From a virus (Duplodnaviria; Caudoviricetes), in IMG/VR virus record IMGVR_UViG_3300020450_000008: a stretch of 64,000 nucleotides of DNA. One strand, given 5' to 3'. Positions 23,932-34,490 of this stretch are shown here, one piece after another. The position numbers and the translations under genes are program-made. Under the pieces are notes generated by a model. That model made no database searches, had not been told where the DNA came from, and saw nothing but the letters and a program-made list of their open reading frames with translations. How positions within the stretch are numbered: position 1 is the stretch's first letter; each line of letters begins with the position of its first letter.

Positions 23932-26264
23932 ATAGGTACAACCTTATCTAAACTATTATCAACCGTGGTTATTCCAGATGCGTTTACCACGGTTGTGTTA
24001 TTTACAGAGTTATCAGCACGAGCATCCATAACAGTTGTCGGCGCTGCAATAAAATCTCCACTGCCTTTATTACCAGCAAGCATAATGCTATTCTCCATTT
24101 CTTGTAAAAAAGGATTGTTAGGTGTAGATGGTAAAGTCATGTTTGCGGTTGGTGATAAATTATTTTGACCTTCTATCATTCTTCTCGGTACAATTGTACC
24201 CTGCCCTGTAATTGTCATATCACTCATGTTTGGTGTGACTGCTGTCATATCAGGAAAAAGATTGGTACGCAAAATAGCCTGTGATATAGTACTCTGATTG
24301 TAAAGATCTTTTGGAGTTAAATTCATTTTTTGACCGATATTCTCAATTACACTATAATTTCCATTATTCAATTGATAAGAAACATTTTTGTTTCTTAATT
24401 TAGTCACAACCTCATTCAACATATTATTGGTGGATTGTTCAGAAAAATCATTCTTATACTTAGGAGAATTACTTACATTATTGATTTCTGTCTGTATGGC
24501 ATTTGAAATAGCTTTTACTGCGTTTAGTTGATTTTTTTCTTTCTCATTTGGAGTAAACTGGTTATCAGCTTTCTCAACAGAATCAGTTCGTGGCGAGTTA
24601 TTAAAAGGAACATTAGGTAAACTACCATTGTTAGCAATTGGATTTGGTGAAGACTGATCTATTCTTTCTCCTTCTATTCTTGCTATTTGCCCAGAAATTA
24701 AATTTGCAGATCCAGAACTTATCTTTGGAATTGGTGCGGGCGAATCTCCTGTAATGGGTGACATCATTGTTCCACCAATTGATGGTTCAATTCGTTCGAT
24801 ATTTATTTCAGGAAGTTTAGATCTTTCATTAACATTAGATAAACCCTCAATTATATTTTTGACTTCTGGTGCTTGTTCTATATCGATCTTTCCACCGATA
24901 TCATCACCATTTACAACAATTACTTCAATTGGAGCTTTATTATCAATCTCCACTTTTGCCAATGATTGGCTTGCTAATCTTGCTGACGTTTCATCAAATA
25001 TCATCTTCTCTTGTTCTGATCTTTCTTTTTGTGCCCTTTCAGTAGATATTTTTTCCATGACCGCTCTTTGTCTTGCCTCACTTAAACTACCTTCTTGACT
25101 TCTGTCACCTGGAAAATTTGGACCTTGTAGTCCACTCATAGTACCATCAGCTAAAGGAGTGGCGCTACTTAAATAACTAAGAGGTGCTAAAAGAGAACCT
25201 GTACCAAATCTTAAAACATTACCTGCTACATTTTTTGCTGCGTTAAATACTCTGTTTCTTACACTTGAATTATTTGCTCTGTTGCTAGTCCTATTTGAGG
25301 TATTATTAGGATTAGGATTAGTGTTATTGTTGGTTCTTCCAAAACGTTCATTACCTGATCTAATTTGATTGTTTCTTACCGTTGGCCTGTTTCTGCCTGT
25401 AATTATATTTCTAGCTCCTCTAAATCCTCTACCCAATAAATTACCAAAAGGACGAAGAAGACGCCCAGCTATATTAAGCGAACCAAAAACAGCTACTGCA
25501 TTAAAAAGCAAATCCTTTAATCTATCCATTAAAGTTTTATTATCTTGTTGTGCAGAATCTTTTGAAGCATCACGACTTTCTTGATCATCTGTTACTGATA
25601 CAGGTGTTACAATTGGACTTCTTCTGTTATCTCTTCTTCTTTCTAAATTATCTAAATTTTGTCTTCTTTCTCTCTTTTGATCTTCCATATATGCATTTTT
25701 AAACGCGTTGAGCGTTGATAATATTTCTTTTTGTGTATTAAGCTGTTCTTGAGAAAGAGCTACTAAAGCCTTCATATCTTTACTCTCAAAGAGTCTTCCT
25801 ATAAGTTTAAAAGGAGTCTTTATAATTGCGCCAATACCTTTAGTTATACCACCTAGTATTCTTCCTGGTAGTTCAATTATACTTCTTAAAGCACCAGTAA
25901 ATCCATCTTTAAGATCTTTAATAAGACCTAATGGAAAAAGAAATGGCGCCGCTATTGTACCAGCAATTTTCCCAAGTACACTACCTGTTCTTTTAGCTAT
26001 ACCTTCGCCGCTACTACCGGTAGTTTTAATTCCATTAGTTTCAAGTCTTTTTAATACTTCAACCATTTCTTCAAGACGGTCATGAATAGTTAATAATATT
26101 TCATCAGAAGCTTCAATATTACTTGCAACCTTTTCAAGTTTTGTATCAACAGTTTCGTTATTAGAAGCTTCTTGAGCAGCAACACTAGGCAATAATAGTC
26201 CTCTATCAAGCCTTTGTCCTTGATTACCTCTTCTTAATTCATTTGAAGCGTCTTCTATTGCCAT
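23928..26264 (-). CDS. Putative baseplate hub/tail-length determinator (gp29-position protein)
   Basis: 778 aa, coiled-coil N-terminus, low-complexity middle, NNTTVV C-terminus; follows gp51/gp26. Confidence 0.55.
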   Translation of the reverse strand: MAIEDASNELRRGNQGQRLDRGLLLPSVAAQEASNNETVDTKLEKVASNIEASDEILLTIHDRLEEMVEVLKRLETNGIKTTGSSGEGIAKRTGSVLGKIAGTIAAPFLFPLGLIKDLKDGFTGALRSIIELPGRILGGITKGIGAIIKTPFKLIGRLFESKDMKALVALSQEQLNTQKEILSTLNAFKNAYMEDQKRERRQNLDNLERRRDNRRSPIVTPVSVTDDQESRDASKDSAQQDNKTLMDRLKDLLFNAVAVFGSLNIAGRLLRPFGNLLGRGFRGARNIITGRNRPTVRNNQIRSGNERFGRTNNNTNPNPNNTSNRTSNRANNSSVRNRVFNAAKNVAGNVLRFGTGSLLAPLSYLSSATPLADGTMSGLQGPNFPGDRSQEGSLSEARQRAVMEKISTERAQKERSEQEKMIFDETSARLASQSLAKVEIDNKAPIEVIVVNGDDIGGKIDIEQAPEVKNIIEGLSNVNERSKLPEINIERIEPSIGGTMMSPITGDSPAPIPKISSGSANLISGQIARIEGERIDQSSPNPIANNGSLPNVPFNNSPRTDSVEKADNQFTPNEKEKNQLNAVKAISNAIQTEINNVSNSPKYKNDFSEQSTNNMLNEVVTKLRNKNVSYQLNNGNYSVIENIGQKMNLTPKDLYNQSTISQAILRTNLFPDMTAVTPNMSDMTITGQGTIVPRRMIEGQNNLSPTANMTLPSTPNNPFLQEMENSIMLAGNKGSGDFIAAPTTVMDARADNSVNNTTVVNASGITTVDNSLDKVVPI
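23960..23995. terminator. 10-bp inverted repeat CAACCGTGGT/ACCACGGTTG at the convergence of gp32 and the hub operon
   Basis: Perfect stem, 16-nt loop, lying inside the 3' end of the minus-strand ORF. Confidence 0.4.
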
Positions 26265-26452
26265 TATCTTCTACCTTGTTTTTGTCTTATCTTATCGTTT
26301 TCTTCTTTAATATATTGTACTAACATCGAAACGTAAACTTCTCTTTCCCATGGCATCATATTTTCAAGTTCTGTTAAAGAATATTTATGGTGTTGCATTA
26401 GTGCGAAATTGGTCTTATAATGATTCAATAAAGAGTCATTAGAAGACCACAC
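26264..26452 (-). CDS. gp51: Baseplate hub assembly catalyst
   Basis: YKTNFALMQHHKYSLTELENMMPWEREVY. Confidence 0.85.
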   Translation of the reverse strand: MWSSNDSLLNHYKTNFALMQHHKYSLTELENMMPWEREVYVSMLVQYIKEENDKIRQKQGRR

Positions 26453-27159
26453 TAAAAAAAATCAGAAATATTCCTCACTTTCACCACGTTTTCTTCTCCA
26501 CATTGAGTACATTTAAATGCATGATCAATCTCAACACTTGGCATCTTTTCTACATACTCTCTTAATTTACCAAATTGATCATTAGTCATTGATTCTATAA
26601 AACTCATAAGTTGTTCTCTTGGTTCATCTTTCACAGATATTTTCTCGCTTTCAGTGTTTATATAAACTATACAATCAGCAATCAATTCTATAATCGTTTC
26701 AACTTCTGAGCTTTGATTAATTATTTTGTTGTTTTGTATCATTTTTTGATACTTAGGCCACTCCATCTCAACAGATATAGTATCGCTTAATTCGATTATA
26801 TTTGTATCGACTTCAGGTTTATTTACTTCAATATTGTCTATATTGATAGCTGCAGGATTCTTATGCTCACACTTCTTACAAGATATTTGTAAGTTAACAA
26901 CTTCACCAACAGATTTTGCTCTTATCTTTGTGAACATGTATTCAACATCATATAACTTTAAATTTTGTATATCAATGCTTTCAGTACATGCTTTGATAGT
27001 GTCAGCTACAGCATTCAATGACGCGGTTTGATCATTTGATTCAAATGCCATCATTAACACTTTTTCTTCTTTTACAAGATATGGTCTGAACTTTACTTCC
27101 TGTCCTGTGGAAGGAATTGTCATTTCATACTTTGGTTTATCATTGAGTCTTGGTATCAT
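26452..27159 (-). CDS. gp26: Baseplate hub subunit
   Basis: PKYEMTIPSTGQEVKFRPYLVKEEK, DVEYMF..IRAKSVGE, two CxxC. Confidence 0.9.
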   Translation of the reverse strand: MIPRLNDKPKYEMTIPSTGQEVKFRPYLVKEEKVLMMAFESNDQTASLNAVADTIKACTESIDIQNLKLYDVEYMFTKIRAKSVGEVVNLQISCKKCEHKNPAAINIDNIEVNKPEVDTNIIELSDTISVEMEWPKYQKMIQNNKIINQSSEVETIIELIADCIVYINTESEKISVKDEPREQLMSFIESMTNDQFGKLREYVEKMPSVEIDHAFKCTQCGEENVVKVRNISDFF

Positions 27160-27170
27160 TATCTACTCCA

Positions 27171-27704
27171 CTAAATTTTTATTTCTTCCCAATCTGTATA
27201 TGATAATTGAACGTTATATTGCGCAAATGTGTCATTCGCCTGATCAGCCATTTCAATAGGATTCAATGTTGTTGGGAATGCTTCTTTGATTTTACACTTA
27301 TAGTTTACATTTCCTTGTTGATCAAGTTGGTTTATTATAACGTCTCTTTCATAATCTTCTTTATAACTAATTTTATGTCTGTTATAGTTTATTGCTGATG
27401 CTGCCCATGTTTCAAAATATCTTTTTGCTGCAAAGTTGTTTGTAAGTAAAAATGTTATTGATATATCATCAACTGCATATCCGTCTATCATTTTTTCAAA
27501 TTTTATTCCTATTTCACGAGGTGAAGTGGTTATTTGTTTTCCAGGTAAGTTTACTGTTTGACAGAATACATTCAGTGATTGTTTAAAATCAATATCAAAA
27601 TCACCACCATTTATATTCATAGGTAATTCCACCATGAATTTATTAGGTTTAGCTATTCCACCTGCATCATTTACTCTGGATCTAAATTCACTTATGCTTA
27701 ACAT
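27171..27704 (-). CDS. gp54: Baseplate tail-tube initiator (gp19-like fold)
   Basis: GIAKPNKFMV, CQTVNLPG, EAFPT..NPIEM, VQLSYTDW. Confidence 0.75.
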   Translation of the reverse strand: MLSISEFRSRVNDAGGIAKPNKFMVELPMNINGGDFDIDFKQSLNVFCQTVNLPGKQITTSPREIGIKFEKMIDGYAVDDISITFLLTNNFAAKRYFETWAASAINYNRHKISYKEDYERDVIINQLDQQGNVNYKCKIKEAFPTTLNPIEMADQANDTFAQYNVQLSYTDWEEIKI

Positions 27705-28255
27705 TAGTTAACTCTCTTTCTTGAATCTCTATACACCTGAGCAGCAGTTGCTTTTCTAAAATCTGCTGTCGGCAAAAATGTAGCAATTTCCCACTCTGGT
27801 CTTTCAACTAATGCAAACTGACTTCGTACATGATTATTCAAATATCTGTGTATGGTTGGTTCTATATATTTTCGAGCTATAGACATATTGCCACCTAATA
27901 ATCCATCTAATAATTTTGCTCTTAAAACAGGTGGTAAGTAATGCAGGTTCATACCCATAAATCCACCTGGACGACCGCCTGTAATAATTACTAAAGGAAA
28001 TGCGTCGTAGTATGGAAGTGTCAATCTGTATTTTGGATCATATTGAAACATATACATTTGACCTAATGGACCATCAACATCTGTTTCAGCTTTTACAGAA
28101 GTTTTTATTTCTGGTTCATCGAATATATTTGACCTACTAATCTTTCCAAGGGCAGCAGCTTTCTTTCGAAACCACTCAATTGATTGTTTCGTTCTTGGAG
28201 TTACACCAGCTCTAAAAGCCTCGATCTCTAGTTTCTGAAATATATTTACAGCCAT
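27704..28255 (-). CDS. gp2: DNA end protector protein
   Basis: GQMYMFQYDPK...LPYYDAFPLV...GMNLHYLPP...WEIATFLP. Confidence 0.9.
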   Translation of the reverse strand: MAVNIFQKLEIEAFRAGVTPRTKQSIEWFRKKAAALGKISRSNIFDEPEIKTSVKAETDVDGPLGQMYMFQYDPKYRLTLPYYDAFPLVIITGGRPGGFMGMNLHYLPPVLRAKLLDGLLGGNMSIARKYIEPTIHRYLNNHVRSQFALVERPEWEIATFLPTADFRKATAAQVYRDSRKRVN

Positions 28256-28260
28256 GCGAC

Positions 28261-28268
28261 TATTTATA
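28261..28268 (-). promoter_or_regulatory. Late promoter TATAAATA for gp2
   Basis: TATTTATA on the + strand, 5 nt before the gp2 ATG. Confidence 0.75.
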
Positions 28269-28749
28269 TCCTTTTAAGTGGTTTTAACTTCTTCATTTTC
28301 TTCCACTTAGGTAATATGCCCATTTCATGTAATGTGTCTTCTGTCCATATTTGAAACTCCCAGCCACGATCCTTTGCCATTTCATTGGCCGCTTTCCACT
28401 TATTCATATTTTTAACGTAAGTCATTCCTTCATTGACGTATCTTCTTGTTTTATTACCAGCAGGTATTTTTGGTGGTTGAGTTTCTTTCTTTGGTTTTAT
28501 TTCTACTAATACTGTTTTACCATCTTTAAAATTTATTTTTAGGTCAATAAAGTACTTATGATACTTTTTATCGATATCATAGTAATATGGAACTACAGTC
28601 TCTTCACTTGACCATGATTTTATCTTTGGGTTCTTATCACACCATGCAAAACATTTAGCCTCCCACATTGATCTATAAATAATATTATCAAGGTCGCCTT
28701 TGTATTTACTTGGGTTCGAAACTCTATATTTCCCTTGGTATAACTTCAT
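28264..28749 (-). CDS. gp4: Head completion nuclease (TnsA-like fold)
   Basis: YQGKY..NPSKYKGD...YRSMWE...WSSEE...YFID...VEIKP...NKWKAA; start set at MKLYQ. Confidence 0.92.
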   Translation of the reverse strand: MKLYQGKYRVSNPSKYKGDLDNIIYRSMWEAKCFAWCDKNPKIKSWSSEETVVPYYYDIDKKYHKYFIDLKINFKDGKTVLVEIKPKKETQPPKIPAGNKTRRYVNEGMTYVKNMNKWKAANEMAKDRGWEFQIWTEDTLHEMGILPKWKKMKKLKPLKRI

Positions 28750-28758
28750 TAAAATCCA

Positions 28759-28792
28759 TATAAATAACAATTAATAGTTTTAAGTATTTATA
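28759..28792. promoter_or_regulatory. Face-to-face (overlapping-transcript) late promoters: TATAAATA + at 28759-28766 for gp48; TATAAATA - at 28785-28792 for gp4
   Basis: Two exact consensus copies on opposite strands between divergent genes. Confidence 0.75.
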
Positions 28793-28801
28793 GGATAAAC
28801 A

Positions 28802-29881
28802 ATGGTACTCTCATATCCAGGCGATCGATCACTTGAAAGGCAACGCACTAGGCTGAAATATCCACTTTCTCAAAATGTCAACGAATACGGAGGAAGAATC
28901 GAGTTTTCAACTTTTGACGTAAAGCCACCTGATATAGGTGATTTAGGATCTCAAGTATATAAAGCAACTGGAGTTAAAGCTGTTGTTGATACTACAACTA
29001 AGGTTAGTGGAGCCATAAGAGAAGGATTTGGTCGTCCAGGTGGAATAGGGTCCAGTCTGGCTTTTACGGCTTTTGGGCTTTTAGAACGTTTTAAGGATGC
29101 AAATAAAACTGAACCTGATCTAGGTGTAAATAATGTTGGTGATGCAATCAACTCAGCTGCCAGATTTAAAACAAAGAACATAAGAACTGGAGAAAGTTGT
29201 AGCTTATACATGCCACAATCTATAGTTGTTGATGATACATTTGAATATGAAAATATAAATTTTAGAACATTTGGTTCTGTTCTTGCAGCTTCAGTCGCTG
29301 CGGGTCAAGGTGCAGTGGCTGGTTTAAAAGAAGCAACCGCAGATGGACTATACTCAATATATCAGGCATTTCGTGGAAATGCCATGAATGAAGATATTAA
29401 TAGAGCTGCTGTGGCAAGAATAGGCAATTTATTACCAGGAGTTGCTGGAGCAGCGATACGAGAAGGATTACAAACAACCCCTAATCCAAACATAAGAGCT
29501 TTATTTAGAAGTGTTGGTCTTAGACAGTTTAAATTTACATTTAAGATGAAACCAAAAACGCGGGAAGAAGCTCAAGAAATAACAAAAATAATACAGTTTT
29601 TTAGAAAGGCCGCTTATCCAGAGGCTATAGCTGCCAGTAATATAAAAATTGCGTATAAGTTTCCTCAAAAGTTTAAAATTAAGCTTGTATATGAAGATGA
29701 AGAAAGAAGAAAAGAAGTTGGAGTTAAACTAAAATTTTGTTATCTTAGAAATGTACAAACTAATTTCAATCCAAATGCAATGGCCTTTATGGAAGATGGA
29801 GAGTTTCAAGAAATTGATTTAGATCTCAATTTTACAGAAGAACAAACATTAGACAGAGATGATGTTATGGAGGGTTATTGA
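28802..29881 (+). CDS. gp48: Baseplate tail-tube cap
   Basis: LYMP, NPNIRALFRSVGLRQFKFTFKMKP, IIQFFR, YPQ/KF, FTEEQTL. Confidence 0.85.
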   Translation: MVLSYPGDRSLERQRTRLKYPLSQNVNEYGGRIEFSTFDVKPPDIGDLGSQVYKATGVKAVVDTTTKVSGAIREGFGRPGGIGSSLAFTAFGLLERFKDANKTEPDLGVNNVGDAINSAARFKTKNIRTGESCSLYMPQSIVVDDTFEYENINFRTFGSVLAASVAAGQGAVAGLKEATADGLYSIYQAFRGNAMNEDINRAAVARIGNLLPGVAGAAIREGLQTTPNPNIRALFRSVGLRQFKFTFKMKPKTREEAQEITKIIQFFRKAAYPEAIAASNIKIAYKFPQKFKIKLVYEDEERRKEVGVKLKFCYLRNVQTNFNPNAMAFMEDGEFQEIDLDLNFTEEQTLDRDDVMEGY

Positions 29882-30600
29882 TGTATTTTAGAAATTTTGA
29901 AGTAGTACCATATTTTTTTGGAAATGAAAAAACAGTTAGTGTTGTTCAAAATCTTTCAACTTATGTTAATTTGATCGATCAAATAAAAGATCAAACTTCT
30001 TTATATGAAAACTATTTCATATTAGATGGAGAAAGGCCTGATGTACTTTCATATAAACTTTATGGTACAAGCGAATACTACTGGACATTTTATATTTTAA
30101 ACGATACCATAAGAAGACAGGGCTGGCCTCTTTCGTATTTTGAATTAACTGAACTTGTGAAGAAGCGATACCCAAACAGAACTTTAGTTATAAGAGAACA
30201 TTTAGGAACAAAATTTCAAGTGGGTGAAACAGTAACTGGATCTACATCTGGAGCTACTGGAAAAATACTTAGAAGAAATTTAGATTTAGGCCAGATTGTT
30301 GTAGAACCAACTAATACTAATACATTCCAAGCTGAAGTAATTACCAATACTATTAATGGTGTAACAAATAGTTCTACTGTTACCTCAACATCATTAGAAT
30401 ATCTATCAGCACATCACTATGAAACAACTGCAGGCGAGAGAGTTGATATAGATCCACTTATAGGACCAGGTGGTGCTTCACTTAACGAGATAACATACTT
30501 AAACAGATATGAAACTGAAAATGAAAATCTTAAAAAGATAAAAATTTTTAATAGAGGAAATATAAGTCAAGTAGTAACTCAGTTCCAATCACAACTGTGA
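29878..30600 (+). CDS. gp53: Baseplate wedge subunit
   Basis: YF..F, DGERPDVLSYKLYG..EYYWTF..LND, WPLS, YE...NE..KKIK. Confidence 0.9.
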   Translation: MMYFRNFEVVPYFFGNEKTVSVVQNLSTYVNLIDQIKDQTSLYENYFILDGERPDVLSYKLYGTSEYYWTFYILNDTIRRQGWPLSYFELTELVKKRYPNRTLVIREHLGTKFQVGETVTGSTSGATGKILRRNLDLGQIVVEPTNTNTFQAEVITNTINGVTNSSTVTSTSLEYLSAHHYETTAGERVDIDPLIGPGGASLNEITYLNRYETENENLKKIKIFNRGNISQVVTQFQSQL

Positions 30601-30601
30601 G

Positions 30602-32029
30602 TTGAATATGTCGAATGGAAGATCAAAAAAAGATTATTTCTCAACACCTTTTAGTTATTACTTTAGTAATATAAAAGTAACAGCCGATAGATTTGCAGGA
30701 AACGAATATAATTTAGAAAGAATTGTTTCTGAATTTAGTATTTATGAGCATGTTGATAAACCATTTTTAACAGCTGAAATGGTATTAGTTGATGCTGATC
30801 CTAATATTAATTTACTTAACGAAATTCATTTTATGGGAACTGAAACTGTTTCTGTTGAGATTCTTACGCAAGAAGATTCAGGATTCAAATTAAAGAAAGA
30901 CTTTATAGTTACAGAGGTAACACAATCTATAAAAAGCAATGATGCAAATGAAATTGTTTTAATTAAATTAATAGAAGATGTTGGCTACCTATCTTCTTTG
31001 ATGCGAGTTTCAAGATCATATACAGGTAAAAAGATTGACATAATAGAGCAATTAGTGAAACTAACTGGGAGGGGATTAGCAAAACAGAAAAAAGATACTT
31101 TTAATTTAACAGAAGATAAGCTCACAAGAGTTTTAGTTCCTAACATGACTCCACTTGAAGCTGCAAACTGGCTAAAAGATAGTTTACATACTGATGAGGG
31201 TATGCCTTTCTTTTTATATTCAACGATATCTGAAAATGACTTATATTTAACTGAATTGAATAAAATGCTAACACAGGATACGATGTTTAGAGAAAAGTTT
31301 GTTTACTCACAAGCATATGACCACCAATCATTTTTAAATATGCACAGTGTTACAAATCGTGACAAACCTATGGGTTATGCGGATGCTGCTTTTACTATCA
31401 TGAACTACGAGGTTTCAAACACTGATGATACTCTTACTCTTGCTAGAAAAGGATATACAACAGCCGAATATAATTTTGTTGACACTACATTAGGTCAAAA
31501 TACTAAAATCGATTATAGAATGAGTGACACTTATAGACAGCTTATGAATAAAGGTATATTACATGGAACTACTCAGTTTCCTACATACGATTTTAAAGCT
31601 GAATTTGCTGATAAAAGAATTGAAGATTATACAACAAGAGAAATCACGCACTTCTCAACTTCAAGGCAATATAATGATTATACTGAAGTTGAAGGTTATC
31701 ATGAAGGAAGGCAAAAAAACAGACATGAACAAAAAATAATATCCAAAAGTTTAAGATGGTGGTTGTTAAAACAAAGTATAGATATTACAGTTCCTGGAAC
31801 TAATTTTTTTAGAGCAAATCAAAATGCATCAATAGGTAATAAGATACATCTTTCCTTTGTTGGTAACATGCCAGCAGATTATACAACTGATGATAATAAT
31901 TTACTTGATAGAAAAAAATCAGGAGAGTATTTGATATATGCAGCCCGTCATCAGTTTTCTGGAAATTTTTATACAGTTAATTTAACTTGTGCCAAATTAG
32001 GAAATGAAACATTTGGAGTTCTTGCATGA
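30602..32029 (+). CDS. Putative baseplate hub protein (gp27-like)
   Basis: Between gp53 and gp5; SIYE...PFLTA, SRSYTG, PG...IG..I, SGEYLI...H pattern. Confidence 0.55.
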   Translation: MNMSNGRSKKDYFSTPFSYYFSNIKVTADRFAGNEYNLERIVSEFSIYEHVDKPFLTAEMVLVDADPNINLLNEIHFMGTETVSVEILTQEDSGFKLKKDFIVTEVTQSIKSNDANEIVLIKLIEDVGYLSSLMRVSRSYTGKKIDIIEQLVKLTGRGLAKQKKDTFNLTEDKLTRVLVPNMTPLEAANWLKDSLHTDEGMPFFLYSTISENDLYLTELNKMLTQDTMFREKFVYSQAYDHQSFLNMHSVTNRDKPMGYADAAFTIMNYEVSNTDDTLTLARKGYTTAEYNFVDTTLGQNTKIDYRMSDTYRQLMNKGILHGTTQFPTYDFKAEFADKRIEDYTTREITHFSTSRQYNDYTEVEGYHEGRQKNRHEQKIISKSLRWWLLKQSIDITVPGTNFFRANQNASIGNKIHLSFVGNMPADYTTDDNNLLDRKKSGEYLIYAARHQFSGNFYTVNLTCAKLGNETFGVLA

Positions 32030-32940
32030 AATCACTATATTCAGAATATGCCCCTAATGATATATGTTGGTTTGTTGGAAAAGTCATCAGTAATACAGAT
32101 CCTTTAAGACTTGGTCGGGTACAAGTAAGAGTTTTTGGAGTTCATAGTCATGATTTGGCAGAACTTCCTACTTCAGATCTTCCTTGGGCAAATGTTATGA
32201 AAAGTGATGGTGGCACATCAGGTCTTGGATCTTTCATTCCCATGCAACCAGGTGCTTTTGTTTTTGGAGTATTTTTAGATGGTCAACATAAACAAATACC
32301 TTTTGTTTTAGGAACAACAGAAACTGTTCAAGGCGTTTCAGGAATACAAAGAGATGATCCAAAATACGAAAATCTTGCGATGGAAATAAAGAGAAAGATA
32401 GAGTCAAAAAGTCAGGCGTCAGATCCTGTAATATCAAACACTCCTACAGATGGAAAGACGTTAGATAATATTAATTCAACATTAGATGGTGGAGATAACG
32501 CTGAAAAAATATTTAATTTCTTTACTTCAAATGGTTTTATACCTGAACAAGCTGTAGGATTCTTAGGAAACTTTTTTGCTGAGTCGAGATACGATCCAGG
32601 AGCACTAAATCCTAATGATGTTGGAAAACCAGCTTTTGGTCTTGCTCAATGGAGAGCAGATAGGCTCGATGGATTGAAAGAGTTTTCATCAGCAAGAAGT
32701 TTAGATTTTAAGAGTTTGCCTGCTCAATTAGAATGGACCGTTTATGAATTAAAAAACAAAGAAAGAAGAGCTGGAGGAAAGATAGCAGATGCAACAACAG
32801 TTTTTGGTGCTACACTTGCAGTGTGTAGATTTTATGAAAGACCATCATACAGAATTGTAGATGGTAAATACACATCGCCATCTCTTGATTTAAGAATATC
32901 AAAAGCAAAAGAAGAGTTTGAAAGGTTGGCAGTGGCATGA
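32026..32940 (+). CDS. gp5: gp5 N-terminal OB-fold fused to a phage tail lysozyme (Phage_lysozyme2-like) domain
   Basis: WFVGKV....DPLRLGRVQVRVFGVH...LPWA, GAFVFGVFLDG..QIPFVLG; then QAVGFLGNFFAES, FGLAQW...R, FYERP. Confidence 0.8.
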   Translation: MKSLYSEYAPNDICWFVGKVISNTDPLRLGRVQVRVFGVHSHDLAELPTSDLPWANVMKSDGGTSGLGSFIPMQPGAFVFGVFLDGQHKQIPFVLGTTETVQGVSGIQRDDPKYENLAMEIKRKIESKSQASDPVISNTPTDGKTLDNINSTLDGGDNAEKIFNFFTSNGFIPEQAVGFLGNFFAESRYDPGALNPNDVGKPAFGLAQWRADRLDGLKEFSSARSLDFKSLPAQLEWTVYELKNKERRAGGKIADATTVFGATLAVCRFYERPSYRIVDGKYTSPSLDLRISKAKEEFERLAVA

Positions 32941-34490
32941 GTAATTTTAACAAAGTACCTCTAAATAAAGTAAACACCACTCTCAAAAGAATTCCAATCA
33001 TAGGAGAGTTTAGTAAGAATGTTGGTCAAATAGATCAAGACGCGCTAAAATATTCAGCAACTCAAGGAACAATATTAGGATCTGAAATCAATGAAGTAAT
33101 TGGAGGTGTAAAAGCTCTTACACAATCAGATATATATCCTGATAAAGCTAATGGTGTTTCAAATCCAGCAATTGGTTTAGTTGAAGACTTAAGTATTTAC
33201 AAAGGTAATACTCAAAACGTTGAAGAAGTAGAAGCCGCCGAACTTGAGCCACTCAATAAATTATTTTCAAGTGAGTTTGCAAAAGCAGGTTGGATGGAAG
33301 CAAAAATTATTTTAGGTACACCTCAGGCAATTAAAAATAATTTCTTTGCACTAAGAAATGAAGATCCAACACCTGATTATTTAGAGCAGTTTAGTCCAAG
33401 TAATTTAAAAGCCTTTGTTGCCGAAGGAACTGGAGCGATGTCGCCCACTCAAGACTATAAGAATCAGATAAGTGGAGCGACTTCTGGAATTAAATTATCA
33501 ACTGCTAATATATCTAAAGCAACAAATGATATACTAGGAAATAAAAATGCTGGTGTAACTCAAAGAGCAACACTATCAACTCAAAATTATCTTGAAGAAT
33601 TTTTAAAAAATGTTTCGAAAGACAGCTTAACTGAACAAGAAGTAGATAAATCTGTTGATTTAATACTCGATGGTAAGAATAGTGAAGTGATTGATATTAT
33701 AAGCAATGCAGCTAAAAGAAAGGGTGTAACTTTAGATATATCAGAAGTTGAGAATCAAGTAACTAATGTTAATTCATCAATGTTTAATTCAGTATCTGTA
33801 TTACCAAAAGGCGCAAAATCGCCTACAAGGCAGACAAAAAATCTCGCGACATTAGGAAATGATTGGTCTGGATCAGGCACTTCACAATCATATACCTTTG
33901 AAAGAGTTCATAGCGTTGAAGAACTTGCAGCAGAATTTAAATCTATAACAAGAGAAATAACTGAAACAATTGTTCATTGGACTGCGCATTTTAATGATCA
34001 AGGTCATATTGGTGCTAGAGATATTCATAAGATAGGAGTTAATAGAGGTTTCAATGGATGTAGTTATCATTATGTAATTAAAAGAAATGGTGATATAGAA
34101 AGAGGAAGACCTGTTAATATTAGAGGAGCTCATGCAAAAGCTGCAGGTCATAATAAATTCAGTATAGGAGTGGCATTTGTTGCTGGATATAACTGTCCAT
34201 CTGGTACAAGAAGTCCTAATAGATTTATAAGTGCTGATTCAATCACACCAGCGCAGTTTAAAGCTTTAGAACAATATTTAAAAGCTTTCTTTATGGTATT
34301 TCCAGGCGGGCAAGTATTTGGTCATATGGATTTTGATCCAAATAAACCAGATCCAGGTTTTGATCTCAATGGTTATATTCAAGCAAAATTCAATAGATCA
34401 AATGTCATAAATCCAAATCAAGGTCCAGCAAGTCCTACACAAATAGCGAGCATTCTTGCTGAAACCACACAAGGAGAAAATATAGGATGA
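32937..34490 (+). CDS. Virion protein with C-terminal N-acetylmuramoyl-L-alanine amidase (T7-lysozyme/Amidase_2 type)
   Basis: IVHWTA, SYHYVIKRNGDIERGRP, GAHA, SIGVAFVAG, FGH, KPDPGFD. Confidence 0.8.
   Translation: MSNFNKVPLNKVNTTLKRIPIIGEFSKNVGQIDQDALKYSATQGTILGSEINEVIGGVKALTQSDIYPDKANGVSNPAIGLVEDLSIYKGNTQNVEEVEAAELEPLNKLFSSEFAKAGWMEAKIILGTPQAIKNNFFALRNEDPTPDYLEQFSPSNLKAFVAEGTGAMSPTQDYKNQISGATSGIKLSTANISKATNDILGNKNAGVTQRATLSTQNYLEEFLKNVSKDSLTEQEVDKSVDLILDGKNSEVIDIISNAAKRKGVTLDISEVENQVTNVNSSMFNSVSVLPKGAKSPTRQTKNLATLGNDWSGSGTSQSYTFERVHSVEELAAEFKSITREITETIVHWTAHFNDQGHIGARDIHKIGVNRGFNGCSYHYVIKRNGDIERGRPVNIRGAHAKAAGHNKFSIGVAFVAGYNCPSGTRSPNRFISADSITPAQFKALEQYLKAFFMVFPGGQVFGHMDFDPNKPDPGFDLNGYIQAKFNRSNVINPNQGPASPTQIASILAETTQGENIG

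Noticed and set aside
28264-28749. TnsA-like nuclease read as a transposase or homing endonuclease
   Set aside because: Sequence and synteny (next to gp2, divergent from gp48) identify T4 gp4; no terminal repeats or other Tn7 genes.
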